NCBI GenBank assembly: GCA_050575255.1
Contig: JBNZDD010013598.1
Coordinates: 2,000,607-2,064,606, forward strand
Direction: 5' to 3'
Length of the DNA stretch: 64,000 nucleotides
DNA from: Harriotta raleighana
Taxonomy: Eukaryota
The stretch's first letter is position 1. Every line of letters begins with the position of its first letter. The translations under genes were made by a program, and so were the position numbers. Under the pieces are notes generated by a model, which searched no databases, had not been told where the DNA came from, and saw nothing but the letters and a program-made list of their open reading frames with translations. Positions 38,178 through 51,790 of this stretch are shown one piece after another.

Positions 38178-38520
38178 GATTATTTATTGATTGATTTATT
38201 TGAATCCCAGCCCCCCCCTCAAAAAAAGAGATTATTTATTTATTTGCCCCCTCTAAAAAATGATTATTTATTTATTTGACTCCCCACCCCCAAAAAACAC
38301 ACTTTTTTCTTATTTATGTGAACCCCCCAAAAGATTATTTATTTATTTGAACCCGCCCAAAAAAGATTATTTATTTATTTGAACCCCCCCCAAAAAAATT
38401 GTTCATTTATTTGAACTCCCCCCCAAAAAAATTGTTCATTTATTTGAACCCCCCCCCCAAAATTGTTCATTTATTTGAACTCCCCCCAAAAAGATTATTT
38501 ATTTATTTGAACCCCCACCA
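38178..38520. repeat. Minisatellite, unit about 30 bp, about 10 copies
   Basis: Unit (GATTATTT or ATTGTTC)ATTTATTTGAAC(C)n(A)n repeated in tandem. Confidence 0.9.
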
Positions 38521-38549
38521 CCCACAAAAAAAACACCCTATCACAATTT

Positions 38550-38640
38550 TAGACACACACACATGCATATATACATACACACATACATACATACACAAAT
38601 ACATACATATATATACATATATACACACACATACATGCAT
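38550..38640. repeat. (CA)/(TA)/(CATA) compound microsatellite
   Basis: Seen directly; many other (CA)n and (GA)n tracts occur across the window. Confidence 0.9.
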
Positions 38641-39483
38641 CACAATCAAAGCTATGGAATTGATCATATCAAATAATATCCAGATGTATTTAAAATACTG
38701 TAGATAGATTTATTGTATTGCCTGGATGTTTTGCAATATGTGGATTCTGGTAGTAAAATGTTGTTTGGTTTCGAACCATCTGTTCCAAAGCAGAGCAGGT
38801 GGGTTTGGTTGGTTGCAAAGGTGGGTGTTTGGCAGACCCCTGCCCCCCCCCCTCCACACCCACCCCCACCCACCCTTCCACCCACCCTCTACCCCCTCGC
38901 CTGTTGGGTAGATGGGCTGGTCAGTGGCTTGTGCAGTTGTTGTGGTTGTTGGTTCTTGTTGAATAACGTTGACAAAATAATAAATCCATCTTTATTTTGT
39001 TATCCCTGTCCAGGCGTTGGGAACGACTCTCAAACTTGGCCCCTTTCCCAAAGTATTTTGTACCTGAACTGCACGCGATGCTGTCAAATACTTTTTTTTA
39101 TATATATGTGATCACTTTATTGTCTGTTGCTTAAAAGTTTGTACACACAGGTTTGCGTGACTGCAGCTGGCTGGAAATACAAAAGCAATTGTATTTACAG
39201 CTCCCCACCCACTCCCTGCTCTGACACCTCCCTCCTTCCCTCTCCCTCCCTCCTCTCCTTCCCTTCCTCCACATGTATTGTCAACCCAGCTTGAGGTTTG
39301 AATCTTCCTTCCTTACTCCCTTCCCTTCCTTCCTTGAACATGTTTCACATCTTGTCCATTTCATATTTATTCTTACTCCCTCTTCCCCCCTCCACTCCTC
39401 CACAACCTCCTCCTCAGACCTTTTTTCTTTCTACTTTGCTTAATTTTTAAAAATCCCTTCCACCCACACACACAATTCCTTTG

Positions 39484-39734
39484 AATAAATAATAATAATA
39501 ATCCTTGCGTTTGATATAGCGCTTTTCATGTCTTCTGGACGTCTCAAAGTGCTTTACAGAATGTACTATAAAGTGAATTGACTGTACATTTGTGTGAGGG
39601 AGGGGGGTTTCTTGAGGGCTTATTATCAGGCGTGTGGAGTAAAGAAACTTACCCAAGATTTCACCCTGCCTGGAACCGAATCCAACTCTCTTGCTTGTAA
39701 GGCGAGTGCTCTAACCACTGAGCTATAGGACTCC
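39484..39734 (-). mobile_element. tRNA-derived SINE with internal deletion
   Basis: Head (CTCTAACCACTGAGCTATAGGACTCC) and (ATT)n tail present; central core missing. Confidence 0.9.
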
Positions 39735-40400
39735 AATTCAATGCGAATTGAATTGGATCGATTTAGATTATCCAGTGAATAATGGATAATTCACCTCCCA
39801 TGCCCCCACCCCATCCAAAAAAAAGTTGCCCAAACTATAATCAAGTCAAAACTTGGAGAGGGAGAGAGGGTCGGGAAAGCGGTTGGGGGTGGGAGGAGGG
39901 GATGTAAAAATGTATATTTTCTGAAAAGGAATGCATATTTTATGATACAAGAAATGTCGGGCATTAACTTACAGGCTTAGAAAAAAATAAGTTTAAGCAA
40001 ATCTGGTGCCTATTATTCCCTCAAAGGATAATTTAGCTCTCTTCCCGCCCGCCATCCTCCCCCACTTCCCTTCTCGCCCCCCTCCCCCACCCCCCCCCCC
40101 ACCAACCCCCGAAAAAAAACTCTCCTTATTATTTAGTGTCTCCACAACGCTTCATTCAAGCCACTTCGAACAAACGTACTCTTATCCTCACAAAATGCCC
40201 ACGGAGATCAGAATGAAAGGCTGTTTTATTGCGCCATAGTTACTCATTAATTGGGTTTGTGCCAGAGATTGCGAGGGGCAGCAGGAAAAGAAAAAAAAAA
40301 CTTTATTACTTTTTTTGTGGCAAAAAAATAACTTTGAGGTCAGCTGGTGTTTCTCTGAGACAGGTACATTCATAATTAGAATTCCCTCCAGCCACTACCT

Positions 40401-40446
<46 letters not shown>

Positions 40447-41029
40447 NNCCCCCCCCCCCCCCCTTTTTTCCTTAACGCCAAACATCTGGGCAACTGCCCC
40501 ATGAAACCTAGCAAGCAACAGAATTAATGTCAATGTCCTGTTCAAAGTCAAATGCTTGTCATTGAATTTGTCAGCCGAGTCTGGTATGATTTTTTAACTT
40601 TCCCATATGCTACGCATTGAGCGACACGTTACAGAGTCTGGCTACAGAGTCCCAAAACAGATATATAAACATCAGGTAGTCAGTTGGGCTTCTTAATTAT
40701 ACATAAATATATATCTTTAAAAATATATCATTTGAGGGGCTTTTTGTTATGCTGTTAGTTTGCAGCACCCGCCCGAAAATTTCAGCCCCCTGAATTTCAC
40801 TCGGTCTCAAGCATCATGCCTTCAAAAAATTGCGACCCGCGCAATGATGAATACGTCGTCAATCCAGTCTTAATTTGGAATCTGGTTCTTTTTAAGATCT
40901 GTAGAAAAAGAACTTCCAAACCAAGACTCAATTTAAGAAATTGCCGCAGTTCTCCTCCATCTGAAATTCTGAAAGCCACTGGCTATTTTAGTCCCTCGCG
41001 CTAAGACTTGGTAGAATTATGGCCTGGAG

Positions 41030-41270
41030 GAACAACAACAGCAAAGAATAAAATTACATGTGTAATAGCAGCCTTTCACGTCGGGAGGACATCCCAAAAT
41101 GCTGGACAATCAGTGTTTCGGATCCAAGTCGGGATCAGGGAGGGTGGATGGCTGCGGGGGAAGGAATCACGGTCGAAAAGGAAGGTCTCGGGATGGGTCT
41201 TGAAGGAGGCAAGGGAGGGGGGCAAGGTGGAGGGACTGTGGGATGGAGTTCCAGAGAGTGGGGGCAGACG
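41030..41270 (-). mobile_element. L2 LINE 3' end
   Basis: Minus-strand LWNSIP and SLASFKTHPETFLFDR (different frames), then GGGATGTCCTCCCGACGTGAAAGGC and a (GTT)n tail. Confidence 0.75.
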
Positions 41271-42839
41271 GCCTCTTCTGTCTCCTGTAAAGCACTGTCC
41301 TTCACAAAGTTGCTCACNGGGGGCAGCCGGCCTCTTCTGTCTCCTGTAAAGCACTGTCCTTCACAAAGTTGCTCACAGATCCAATTCACAACCTTGCAGT
41401 TCCCATGCTAGTCAATGGGAAGCAAAGGTCATAGATGGAGTATTTTACACAATAAAAATGTTGACGAGTAGGAAGGGGCTTAGCAGTGGTTCACAACGCC
41501 AGCCCAAACCATCCAGTGTCCCTTTCCTCTCTCGCTCAAAGCCAAACACTCACTCGTTGGAAACATTGCCCAACAGTANTCCAGAGAGTGGGGGCAGACG
41601 GCCTCTTCTGTCTCCTGTAAAGCACTGTCCTTCACAAAGTTGCTCACAGATCCAATTCACAACCTTGCAGTTCCCATGCTAGTCAATGGGAAGCAAAGGT
41701 CATAGATGGAGTATTTTACACAATAAAAATGTTGACGAGTAGGAAGGGGCTTAGCAGTGGTTCACAACGCCAGCCCAAACCATCCAGTGTCCCTTTCCTC
41801 TCTCGCTCAAAGCCAAACACTCACTCGTTGGAAACATTGCCCAACAGTAACAGGGATCAGCAACATTGACATATTTAATAGTCACTAACCCGCCCTGTGA
41901 GAGCATACAAAGCGAATGAAGGATGAGATTGATTCACCCTTTAAACTCACCCACCCACAATCCCTGATTCAGGACACAACACTACTGTGACTGTTTGATC
42001 GCATGACCTTGCATTGACTTTTCTTTGATTGAGTTCTTGCCTGCTTTTGGGACACTCATACAATCTCTTCTTAACATCGATAATAATAATCATTGCTGCA
42101 CTTGATACAACACCTTAGCACATTGTTGGGGTGTCTAAAAGTGTTTCACAGGGTATAATAACAACAACAACAACAACAACATCAACAATAAATTACTGTT
42201 GAGTGGATATTGACTGTATTTTGTGGGCAAACCCGCGTATTTGATAACGTCAGCTACTTTTCTTCAAATAATCCTTGCGTCTGTCGTTCACGATGGGAGG
42301 ACATCGCCTCACAGGGTTTACTCGAACTGTCTGCAGATTGCAATCTCCACACACATGGAACGCAACACGTCAAGAAGTCTGCTAGGTGAATAAATGGCAA
42401 TCTATTTAGCACAACAAACCTTCCATACATGGAAAAGGAATTTTTAAAATACCGCTTTATTGATCACCGTGTGATAACAGATGACTGATACCAGATTGTG
42501 GTCACGCTGCCAATGCTGCAGACAAGATTGCAAAGTAGCTTAATGTTTCTCGGGTGGTTTTAAAAAGGAATTCCCTCCTCCTCCTCCATCTCCATTTTAA
42601 GTGAGTCATCACAATGTGTCTGGGAATCACCGGACACATGTGGAAACCCATCACAGCACTTGAGAGCACGCAAACCGGGCTGAGAATTCCACCCAAACAT
42701 GGGAAGCCCCCACCCCACCCTCTCGCCCCCCCACCCCCACTCCCCCCCCCCCACCGAGACAGGTTGTGGGAATGGAAATATGCACGCTATCCCTGGAGGG
42801 ACTCATCTTGCTTACCTCATCCTGGAAAGTATTGCAGAA

Positions 42840-43175
42840 TCCTGTAGCTCAGTGGATAGAGCACTTGCCTTACAAGAGTGAGACCTGTGTTCGAATCCAG
42901 GCTGATCAGGGCGAAACCTTGGGAAAGTTTCCTTACTACACACACACACACACACACACGTGCGCACGCCTAATAATAATCCCTCCAAAAAAAAACACAA
43001 TAATAAAATTGGTCATTTTCAATCCACGACTGTTTGTGGGGACGCTGCTGTGTGCAAATGGCAGTCAATTCATGTTACAGTATATTCCGCGAAGTGCTTT
43101 GAGACGTCTAGAAGATGTGAAAAGCGCTCTATCAAAATGCAAGGATTATTATTTTTATCATTATTATTATTATTT
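42840..43175 (+). mobile_element. tRNA-derived SINE (SINE2-1_CM-like)
   Basis: CCTGTAGCTCAGTGG head, GTTCGAATCC B box, (CA)n expansion, (ATT)n tail. Confidence 0.92.
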
Positions 43176-43529
43176 TGGGGCGTGGGTTGGCTGCACGTAC
43201 TCACAGCATCATCGGGAAATGGTTCAGACTGACAAAAGAGTACCTCAGCATTTCAATGCTGATAAGCTCCAGTAGCAGGATACCAACAGGCAGGACGGAG
43301 GTAGATATCAGCTTGCCTCACTCGGTAGCACGCTCATCTCTCTCTGGGTTAGAGGAAGCGTTGTGGGTTGAAGGCCCACATCGGGACTTGAGCTCATCGT
43401 CTAGGCTGACACCTCTGAGCAATTAAGTGATGGGGGATATTGTGCAGTGTGCGGGCTTGGCTAGAGTCAGTAAGTGGGATGGAGCACACACTTGGTCTTG
43501 GCGCTGGAAGAGTTAAGGGAGGCGGAAGG

Positions 43530-43790
43530 TTGGAAGGAACATTTTCACACAGAGAGTTATTAGAACACGGAACGCTTTGCTACAGAGTGGCTATTAAGAC
43601 TGAGAGTTTGAACATAGTTCAAACGAGAACTGGATAAATATTTATGAGAAACAATATAAAAGCTAACAGGGAGAGAGAGCAGGCGACTGTGTTAAAAGGG
43701 TAGTGAGCTCCTTTAGTGAAGCTAGCGAGCATCAACATAGAGGCTTGATGGACTAAATGATCACTCTTCCCCAGCGCTGTAATTTCTACG
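43530..43790 (+). mobile_element. Degraded CR1 LINE ORF2 end and 3' UTR
   Basis: Translates RNIFTQRVIRTRNALL, then (frameshifted) FKRELDKYL, like the CR1 ORF2 C-terminus RxFFSQRVVxxWNxLP...FKxxLDxxL. Confidence 0.75.
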
Positions 43791-44793
43791 AGTCCAAAGG
43801 AAATTCTACACCAAACTATTTGACTTTAATTGGTCCTTATGTGCTCATTAGAATTTTTTTCTTCCCCCTTTGAGCTTCTTTGGGCTGAACACTGGAAGCG
43901 AAACGGAGTAAGGATTAATGGAGCCGAGTTGAGAAAACACAAGGCAAGAAAAAAAAAGGACCCTCAAAGTTCACATGGGTACTATAAAAAGAATTATAAA
44001 AATGTAAACAATTCCACATTACGATAGTTGGTACTGGCTTGAATTTCAAATAGGTTCTTTGAGCAAAGTGAAGTACTAGCAGTAAAATATGTTCTCAGAA
44101 AACAGGGCTCGACTGAGAGAAATCATGCTCACTTGCCAGCCAACCTCCTAATTCAGATTTTTTTTGAGGAGCGGGGGGAGGGGTGGGGTTGGGAGGGAAA
44201 AAAATTGACGCGTCACTCGCTGAACAGTCTCGGTCTCTCAGAGAGCCTGAGAATGTGTTTATTCTGCGAATGTGTGTACCCTAAACTGAATGACAAGCTT
44301 ATAATTTGGAAATGAAAAGCTCGATTTATACAGCCTTCATTTTTCAGACATGACACACAGCTAAACACAATGTGTGCCTTCTTTCGCTAGACTGGGATAT
44401 AACGTACTGATTACAAGATAAACAGCTCAGCCTAACCACTCAACAGCGAACAACAACCGAAAGTTTGCTGTTGAGAGTGTAGAAGGAAACTTTTAAGTTA
44501 CCTCTTCAGGCGTTCTTTGAAAGTAGAGCAATTTTTAACCATTTAAGCCTTGCCCCTGTCGACCCAATTTTTCTTCAGATGTGCCGCATTTAGTTTCTAA
44601 GTGGAATAAAACCCTTCCTTCATGTTCCCGGATTGCGTTACTGTGGAGTTAGCATTTTAACATGGAAAGCCCGTGGAGCCGACAGACTTATTTGAAATGT
44701 GTGCCACTTGTTCAGACAGTGCGTTACAATTCATTACGTCGCTGGCCTAGCCAACGTGGTTGTTGAAGAATCATTCTTAAAATCACACTTGAT

Positions 44794-45036
44794 TGGAGCT
44801 CCTGTAGGTCAGTGGTTAGAGCACCCGGCTTACAAGCGTGAGACCTGTGTTTCGAGGCAGGTCAAGGCGAGACCTTGGGCAAGTTTCCTTACTCTACACC
44901 CCTGATAATAATCCCTCCAAAAAAAAAAACAATACAATCATAAAATTGGTCAATTCACTTTACTGTATATTCGGTGAAGCCCTTTGAGACGACTAGAAGA
45001 CGTGAAAAGGGCTATATCAAATGAAAGGATTATTAA
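44794..45036 (+). mobile_element. tRNA-derived SINE with internal deletion
   Basis: GGAGCTCCTGTAGGTCAGTGGTTAGAGC head and tail; followed by further tail fragments at about 45095-45185 (-) and 45190-45270 (+). Confidence 0.88.
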
Positions 45037-46059
45037 TCTTAATACTTCTGTTAATATCACTAGCATTCTCTGTTTCAATAAAATAATCATTATTAATAAG
45101 CATCTTTGCATTTAATATCACGTCATTGAGATGCCTGAAAGCACTTCATAGAATATTCGGTAAAGTGAATTAATTCTATATGCTGTGACACATTGCTTTA
45201 CAGTAAATCTTTTGAGATCTCTCGACAATATGCTAAAGTTCTGCATCAAATGCAAGGCTTATTATTATTGTTGTTGTATATAATAGCCCATACAAAATGA
45301 GGGTGGGCGATGAGGGGAGAAAAAATAAAATGCACAGAATACTTTTTTTTAACAAAAACTTAAAATTGTTCCTTGCTTGAAAAGCAACAAAATGTGAATT
45401 CTGATCGTTGTTTTTGTGCTGTTTGGAAGACAAGGTTGTTTGTCCCTACAGCGTTTCCATAAACTGAACAGGTCTGTGAAGTACTCATATCAGGAGAAGT
45501 TAAAATGATCACATAAGTAATGCAAATGGAATGTTTTCCCACCTTGTGCCTAATGAGGAAAATAATTTCATTTCCCCCCCTTATTCCTCCCACTTTGCTA
45601 CGTTAAACAACATTGCAGATGTAGCCGATTAGGCCATGCATCACAGGGAGCTTGATCCGGGAAATATCCCTAATCCATTCAGGGCTGAAACAACGCTTAT
45701 ATTCGCTCATCACGGAAGATGAGATTTCACAGCTTTAGTGTTAACAATGTAATGTGTCTTTTGTGAAAAGGCCTTCGCCACACACGCTTCACGAATGCAA
45801 AACGCTTGTATATGTTTCTCATTGTAAAACAAGACACTGGTCGCAGCAAAACATTTACATTTCTCCTTGTTTTCTCAGAGGGAGGGCTTGTATCACAAAA
45901 TTGGTTGTAGCAATGATGGAGCAAGCTCTATGACCCATTTGATTTTGTCCCTCCAGAATCCTCCAACCCTCTACCATCCGCTTATTAAAGCCTCAAGTCT
46001 TTTCAAAGTGTCTTGACCTCAACCACCCTTTCTGGTAACCCTGGAAATCCAAGTTTTGT

Positions 46060-46182
46060 CACATGGAATCATGCAATGTTTATGGGGTAGACAGAGACTG
46101 TTTGGTCCCATTAAATCTGTACTGGTGTTAGTTCCTGCATTTGAGCTGCCTTTCTAATCCCATTCCCCCTCTCTTTCCGCAC
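46060..46182 (-). mobile_element. Degraded CR1 3' tail; similar weak tails at about 3320-3440(+) and 25480-25620(+)
   Basis: ATGGAATCATGCAATGTTTATGG...TTTGGTCCCATT...CCCATTCCCCCTCTCTTTCC; the other two carry TTGGGCTGAATGG(A/C)C. Confidence 0.5.
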
Positions 46183-47859
46183 CCCTGGTGTACTGTGGTG
46201 TTGTGTGAATGGGTCTGGAGCAGACAGGAACAGCTTCAGACGCACATTGAAACAGGGCTTTAGTTGTTACTCGTTGCTTTGATCTCGCCTGTGTGTAAAC
46301 TCAGCTGCTGTATACAAACAAATCATCAAGAAAACAAACTTCTCAAAGCCATAAAAGTGAGCCTGGTATTGTAGTCTGTTTATCCAACGGAACACTTGAA
46401 AAACAGTTGAGAAAGCAAAGAATAAATCTATCATCAGACAGTCCCAAGGATTTTGTCCCTGAATGATCACTTCCTGGCTATTTCCTGGGGGCACTAAGTG
46501 AGCAAATTGTCTAGCATGCCTTGCCTACAGTTGCACAGTCACTTGAATTCACCTTATTTGTGAGAGGTGATTGATGGTAATGATAAATTTCATAATAATC
46601 ATCCTTACATTTGGCATAGGGTCATTTAATTTCATCAGGGCATCCAAAAGCGCTTCACATGATGTACTGTAAAGTGGAGTGACTATGTGTTTGTGGGCAA
46701 ACTTGAAAGCTGTAATAAAAAAATCCCTTTAAGCGATGTAGAAATACAGTACTCGGAAATCACTTCAGTATCTCACTGTCCTATCTATCCACTGTCCTAA
46801 TGTTAGACAGACAGCTCACACGTCCATTCTTTAACACTGTGTGTAATGGGCTGTGCATTGGCATATCAGATGTTTAATAGAAGGTTAAGTATTTTTCACC
46901 CTTTCATATTCCATCAGAGACTTCCAACCGGAATTGCTGTTTTATGCGATTGTGCAATAACTCCTGTGAATCCAATCAGTATATTTTACCACCAAAAGAG
47001 GCGATGGGGAAGGTTTTTTTTTGGGAACATACAGGCCAGTAGTTCACATTTCTTATAACATTTTCTAAGGAAACTGCATCTGTAACGCTCTTTGTTCAAA
47101 CAGTTGAACATTAACTCCTACGAGACTAAATGAACTGGAACGCTATGGGTGGCATAACAAAGGGCTTGTCAAGTACTTCCCATTATTTAAACCATCAGTG
47201 GTTATGCTGGTGCAGCCACTCACTGACACGCTCGCATTTTGCAGCGAAGAAGTCCAAAGTCTTTCTGCTGGGGACAGAAACGTCCCGCTCGGCGTCAAAC
47301 CTCGAGGAATTAGAAACTCTGGGAAATGTGAAACCTGCAGCTTGAGGTAATGTGGAGCATTCTGCTCCAGGAAAGGTTTAATAGCCTCGTGCATCAGTGA
47401 TCATCAGAGGGTGGGAGAGGAGGCTCTTGACTTGATGGATTGTGTCACTGCCCATTGTACATGTCAGTAGCTGGTAGGCGTTGAGTGCCACCCTCTGTTG
47501 TCCCAAAGGGTCGACGGATCCACTGCTGAAGTGGCCGTGTGAATAACGCAGGAATCAGAAATCAAGTGGTTGTCGGTGTACGCACCAAGTTACTTCCGCT
47601 TCAGCTGAATGACAGACTTCGCCCGCAAATATACGGTCGGTTCGCTTGACGGTATGTTCTGTGAAGCGCTTTGAGGCGTCTAGAAGACGTGAAAAGCGCT
47701 ATACCAAATGTAAGGATTATTATTATTCATTATAAATTACATCTCTCTCTCTCGGCCGTGCCTTTGGGGCAGGGTGGAGGATCGAGGGTGGGGTAAGAGA
47801 TGCTCTTTATTTCACTTTGAGTCATTTCCGATATAATCTGGGACTAAGGCATTGAATTT

Positions 47860-48100
47860 TGACAACAACAACTGACATTTGTATAGCACCCTTCACATTT
47901 ACGAGAGAATGTCCCAAGACATGGAATGTCAAGACGTTATATAAGTACAGATTATTGTGATCTGATTTAAGTGTGTAAAATGGTAGACAAACTCAGTTGA
48001 CTGAAAATGCATTCAAAGAGGTACGTCTTGAGACAAGAGAGGACGAAACGGAGGGGCTCTCGGATGGAGTTCCAGAGAGCGAAGCCTTGAACGGCCGAAA
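47860..48100 (-). mobile_element. Degraded L2 LINE 3' end
   Basis: (CAA)n tail and GGATGGAGTTCCAGAGAG (LWNSI on the minus strand), shared with the 41030 copy. Confidence 0.6.
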
Positions 48101-49384
48101 TTTAAATGTTATACTCCCAAATTCTTTTTTTTCAATCCTTCTAACCAGAGTATGATTCCACGAGCATCAATTAACCCCCAGGCATCTCAACCCAAGCTAT
48201 TTGGCTTCAGGGGCCAAAACCAATGCCCTCAACAAAACATCTAGAAAAGTGCGTGTTCAAAGAACAACAACAACAACTTACATTTATGAGACACCCTTCA
48301 AGCAGGGTAATGTCTCCCAGTGCTTCCATTGGACTGAGAAACTCGTCCCTATGCATGTAACCCGAAAACAAAACTTTACAATGTTATTAGCTTCACGAAC
48401 AGGGTGCAGCCTATTACACAATTCTCTGAGCAATAGTCTTTCCAACAGCCTTGTGCCAGTCCAAATTGCCAATTTCCTTTTTGTGCAAGAAGATGTGTAG
48501 GTTTGTCACAGTTCAACGCGATTTTCTCCAGAATTCTGGATGCCTCAACGCTGGAAAAGCGTATTATTTCAGTCAAACTTGAAAGAGTGCGGCATGAAAC
48601 AGCGGCCTCTGCCCTGAAGAATGGTGCTCAATAAACAGTCAGTTCACTTTACAGTGTACGCTTTGAGACGTCCAGAGGACGTGAAAAGTGCTATATCAAA
48701 ATGCAAGGATTATTATTATGCTGTGAAGCGCTTTGAGACGTCTTTAAGATGTGATCAGGCACCATATCAAATGCAATGATTATTATTATCATTATTATTA
48801 TATTATATTATTTACTGCCAGCCAAATTATTTCAACATAAGAACCTTGAATTTGATAATAAATGCACAGCAACAAATTTTCACTGGGACGGAGGTAAATT
48901 TACAGCGACTCCAAGTGCTTTGACTGCAGTTTCTGAAGCACTTCAAGATTTCTGACCGAGTTTTAAGCTATGCTGGAGACTGAGAATAAACATTGACACG
49001 CTCAATCAGTACCCACTGTTTGACGTTTCACCAAAGTGACAGGGCTGATCATGACTAAGAACACACACACACACTGGAGGTGGGGGGAGGAAAATAACGA
49101 ACAACTTTTACTCAACAAAGTGTTGAAATAGGTGACAGACACAGAAGACTCATGGGATAAAATTCTGGGTGGCGTCATGCACAGAGCTGTTGGCACTAAT
49201 GGGATTCGTCCGCCTCCCCACCCACCCCCCACTTCCCTCTCCACCCTCCGTTATTATCACACCTCAACCAAAAGCGTTCCATATAATGCCAACCGGAATT
49301 TTTATAGAGTCACAGCACCTCGAAACCTTTCAATGCGTTTTTCCAGATGGTTTATTTGAAGGCAATTGGAGCCACTTTCCATAC

Positions 49385-49615
49385 CTCAAGTTTCCTTCAC
49401 CAGGCTGTGAAGCGTGTGATCAAATAACTTGGGAGGATTGTTAGCGAGGGCTCTCTTGGAGAAACACCCTTCTCTTTTCAACTGGTGCCTCGGGCCCTTC
49501 AACCGCAGACTGGATCTCAGTTTAATGCGTCTTCTAATGCCTTTGACCAGAGAGAGCTACCCCAGCACTGCTCTGCAGTATCAGCCTGGACAGTGAGCTC
49601 AAAGCGCTTCACAGA
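49385..49615 (-). mobile_element. Deu-domain SINE fragment (degraded)
   Basis: GGAGAAACACCCTTCTCTTTTCAA...CTCAGTTTAATGCGTC...CCCAGCACTGCTCTGCAGTATCAGCCTGGA. Confidence 0.6.
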
Positions 49616-49639
49616 AGCCAAGGGAGGCAAGCTGACATA

Positions 49640-49925
49640 TAATAATAATAATAATCCTTGCATTTGATATAGCGCTTTTCATGTCTTCTGGATGTCTCAA
49701 CGCACTTCACAGAATATACTGTAAAGTGAATTGTGGGTGAAATGCGGCAGCCAATTACGAACAGGAGCGTCCCCCACAAACAGTTGTGGATTGAAATGAT
49801 CAATTTAATTATTGTGGGTTTTTTTGGGAGGGATTATTATTAATAATTAGGCGTGGGTGTGGAGTATGGAAACTTGCTGAAGGTTTCGCCCTGATCTGCC
49901 TGGATTCGAACACACAGGCCTCACA
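49640..49925 (-). mobile_element. tRNA-derived SINE, 5' head truncated
   Basis: (AAT)n tail, core and GGATTCGAAC B box on the reverse strand. Confidence 0.9.
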
Positions 49926-51574
49926 ATTGCTGGCAAACCATATTCCTGCAATCAAACAAATTCAGAGGAGGCGGAGCGAGGAGTGAAAATTGGAGGGGAC
50001 ATTTCGGCAGTGGGCGGGGGGGGGGGGGAGGGCGGGGCGTTGGGGGTGGGAGGGAGGGAAACCCAAACAAATGCTCTGAGTAACAAGTAACAACCGTCGA
50101 AAGCGCCCAACTCGTTCACAAAGTCGTTCCTGGCTAGGGGCGGAAAGTGCCATTCTAATTACAGAACGGAGATGTCATTCACGGCTGTGGAAACCTCCAC
50201 ATCTGGGTCAGGTCTCTGAGCAGCGCAGGAATACAGCTGTCAAATATTTGTTCCAAAAAAAATTTACCTCCAAATTGAGCAACGGATGACTTTCACACCG
50301 TTGCCGACAGAACCAATGTCGGCGATGCTTTATCAGAAACTTGGCAGCCACCCACGCCAGAGCTGCAAACGCACAGACTCCCACTTGCACTGCTGGCTCG
50401 CAGCCAAAGCCCAAAACGCCCAGGAGAATGTGAACAATGTCACTTTGTAGAGATTGAAAGTTCTTCAGGTGCATGTAATTCTACACAGATCTGACTGCAG
50501 GGCTCAAGCCCATGGTAAGGATTGAAACCAGGACGGTGACAGTAGTTAACAGTAAGGATAGTAAGGTTGCCTTTTCATTCAGATGGAGAAATTCTCCTTC
50601 GCATGCTGTACAAACACCCTTCACCCCACACTCTTCCCCTACCCCCCCACCCGCCTCTCATCCGAGAAAAGCTGTAAACGGCCTTGANCCCCACACTCTT
50701 CCCCTACCCCAACCCCCCACCCGCCTCTCATCCGAGAAAAGCTGTAAACGGCCTTGAAGCTTCGATGTGCAAGGTGTCACTGGGAGTTTCTGCTGAATTT
50801 CTGCCTGGTATTAACGCGCATTTTCATCTAAAAAAAAATCACAGAATTGGGGGGGGTGGGGGTGGGGAAAGTCCCTCAATGCCTCTTTTCACCTTGAAAA
50901 AAACAGTTCAGATTTTTTTACGAACAGCTGGAAAATCAAGTTTGCGAAACGAAGGTGGTCTTGTGATCTTTAAACAATACTGTGCGACCCTAAATTGTAA
51001 GATTTTAATGGGGTGGGTGGGAGGAATCCAGGAGAAACAGATTTTTTTTGTGTGAGCGTGATGTTTTAGCCTGCAAAATACACAGCCGCTACACTGTACA
51101 GTGTGTCCCGCGAAGCACTCTGAGCCATCCACCTGACATGAGAGACACTGCATCGCATGCAGGGATTATTGTTGCTCTGTGTGTGTGATAGTGGATTGCT
51201 TTGATCACTGACAGCTTCAGTGAAGGGCGGAACTGGAACCAAAGCAATCTGGGAAGCCGGGCTATCATGTTAATGCCTGGAAAGTCCAGTAAATAATTCA
51301 GGGACGGTTTCGATCTCTGGAGATCTGCGATAGCAAAGGAGCACTCCCAGACTCCGCTCCAGACAACAATAAGGTGACTTGAAAATGCCTGTCTGAAAAG
51401 CAAAGAACACGCAGGTGGGGTATAAAGAGTTGCCTCGTGTGTAATGACTTACAGCTTTGTTCTGGAGAGAATTACAGATTTCAAATTACATACATCGCTC
51501 TCATTTATGCAATATTTAAGTGAGCCTTCTTAATAACTTAACTCTTGTTATTGATAGTGGTGACGGTCCCTGGC

Positions 51575-51790
51575 TCGGATGGCTGTACTCTCACGTCTAG
51601 ATCAGAAGGCTGAAGTGTTAGGCTCAGTGCGGCGATGGGGGAACTGTTGCGGTGTCTTAGGTGCTGTCCCTCGGATAAGTCATTAAACAGAGGCCTGTTC
51701 AGTTTACCAGTTCAAGTGGATATTAAAAAACCCATGGAGTCATGGGCATTGTGGAGGGAATTTCTCCCAGTGATCCGGCCAACAGATGAA
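51575..51790 (+). mobile_element. Deu-domain SINE fragment
   Basis: GGTGCTGTCCCTCGGATAAGTCATTAAACAGAGG...GTGGATATTAAAAAACCCATGG...GGGAATTTCTCCC. Confidence 0.65.

Noticed and set aside
38178-38520. CRISPR-like periodic array
   Set aside because: No unique spacers (only C and A runs), degenerate repeats, no cas genes, vertebrate context.
47245-47346. 102-nt + strand exon candidate open in one frame
   Set aside because: Peptide not recognised; another frame (FAAKKSKVFLLG) resembles a decayed LINE reverse-transcriptase segment, so it is ambiguous.
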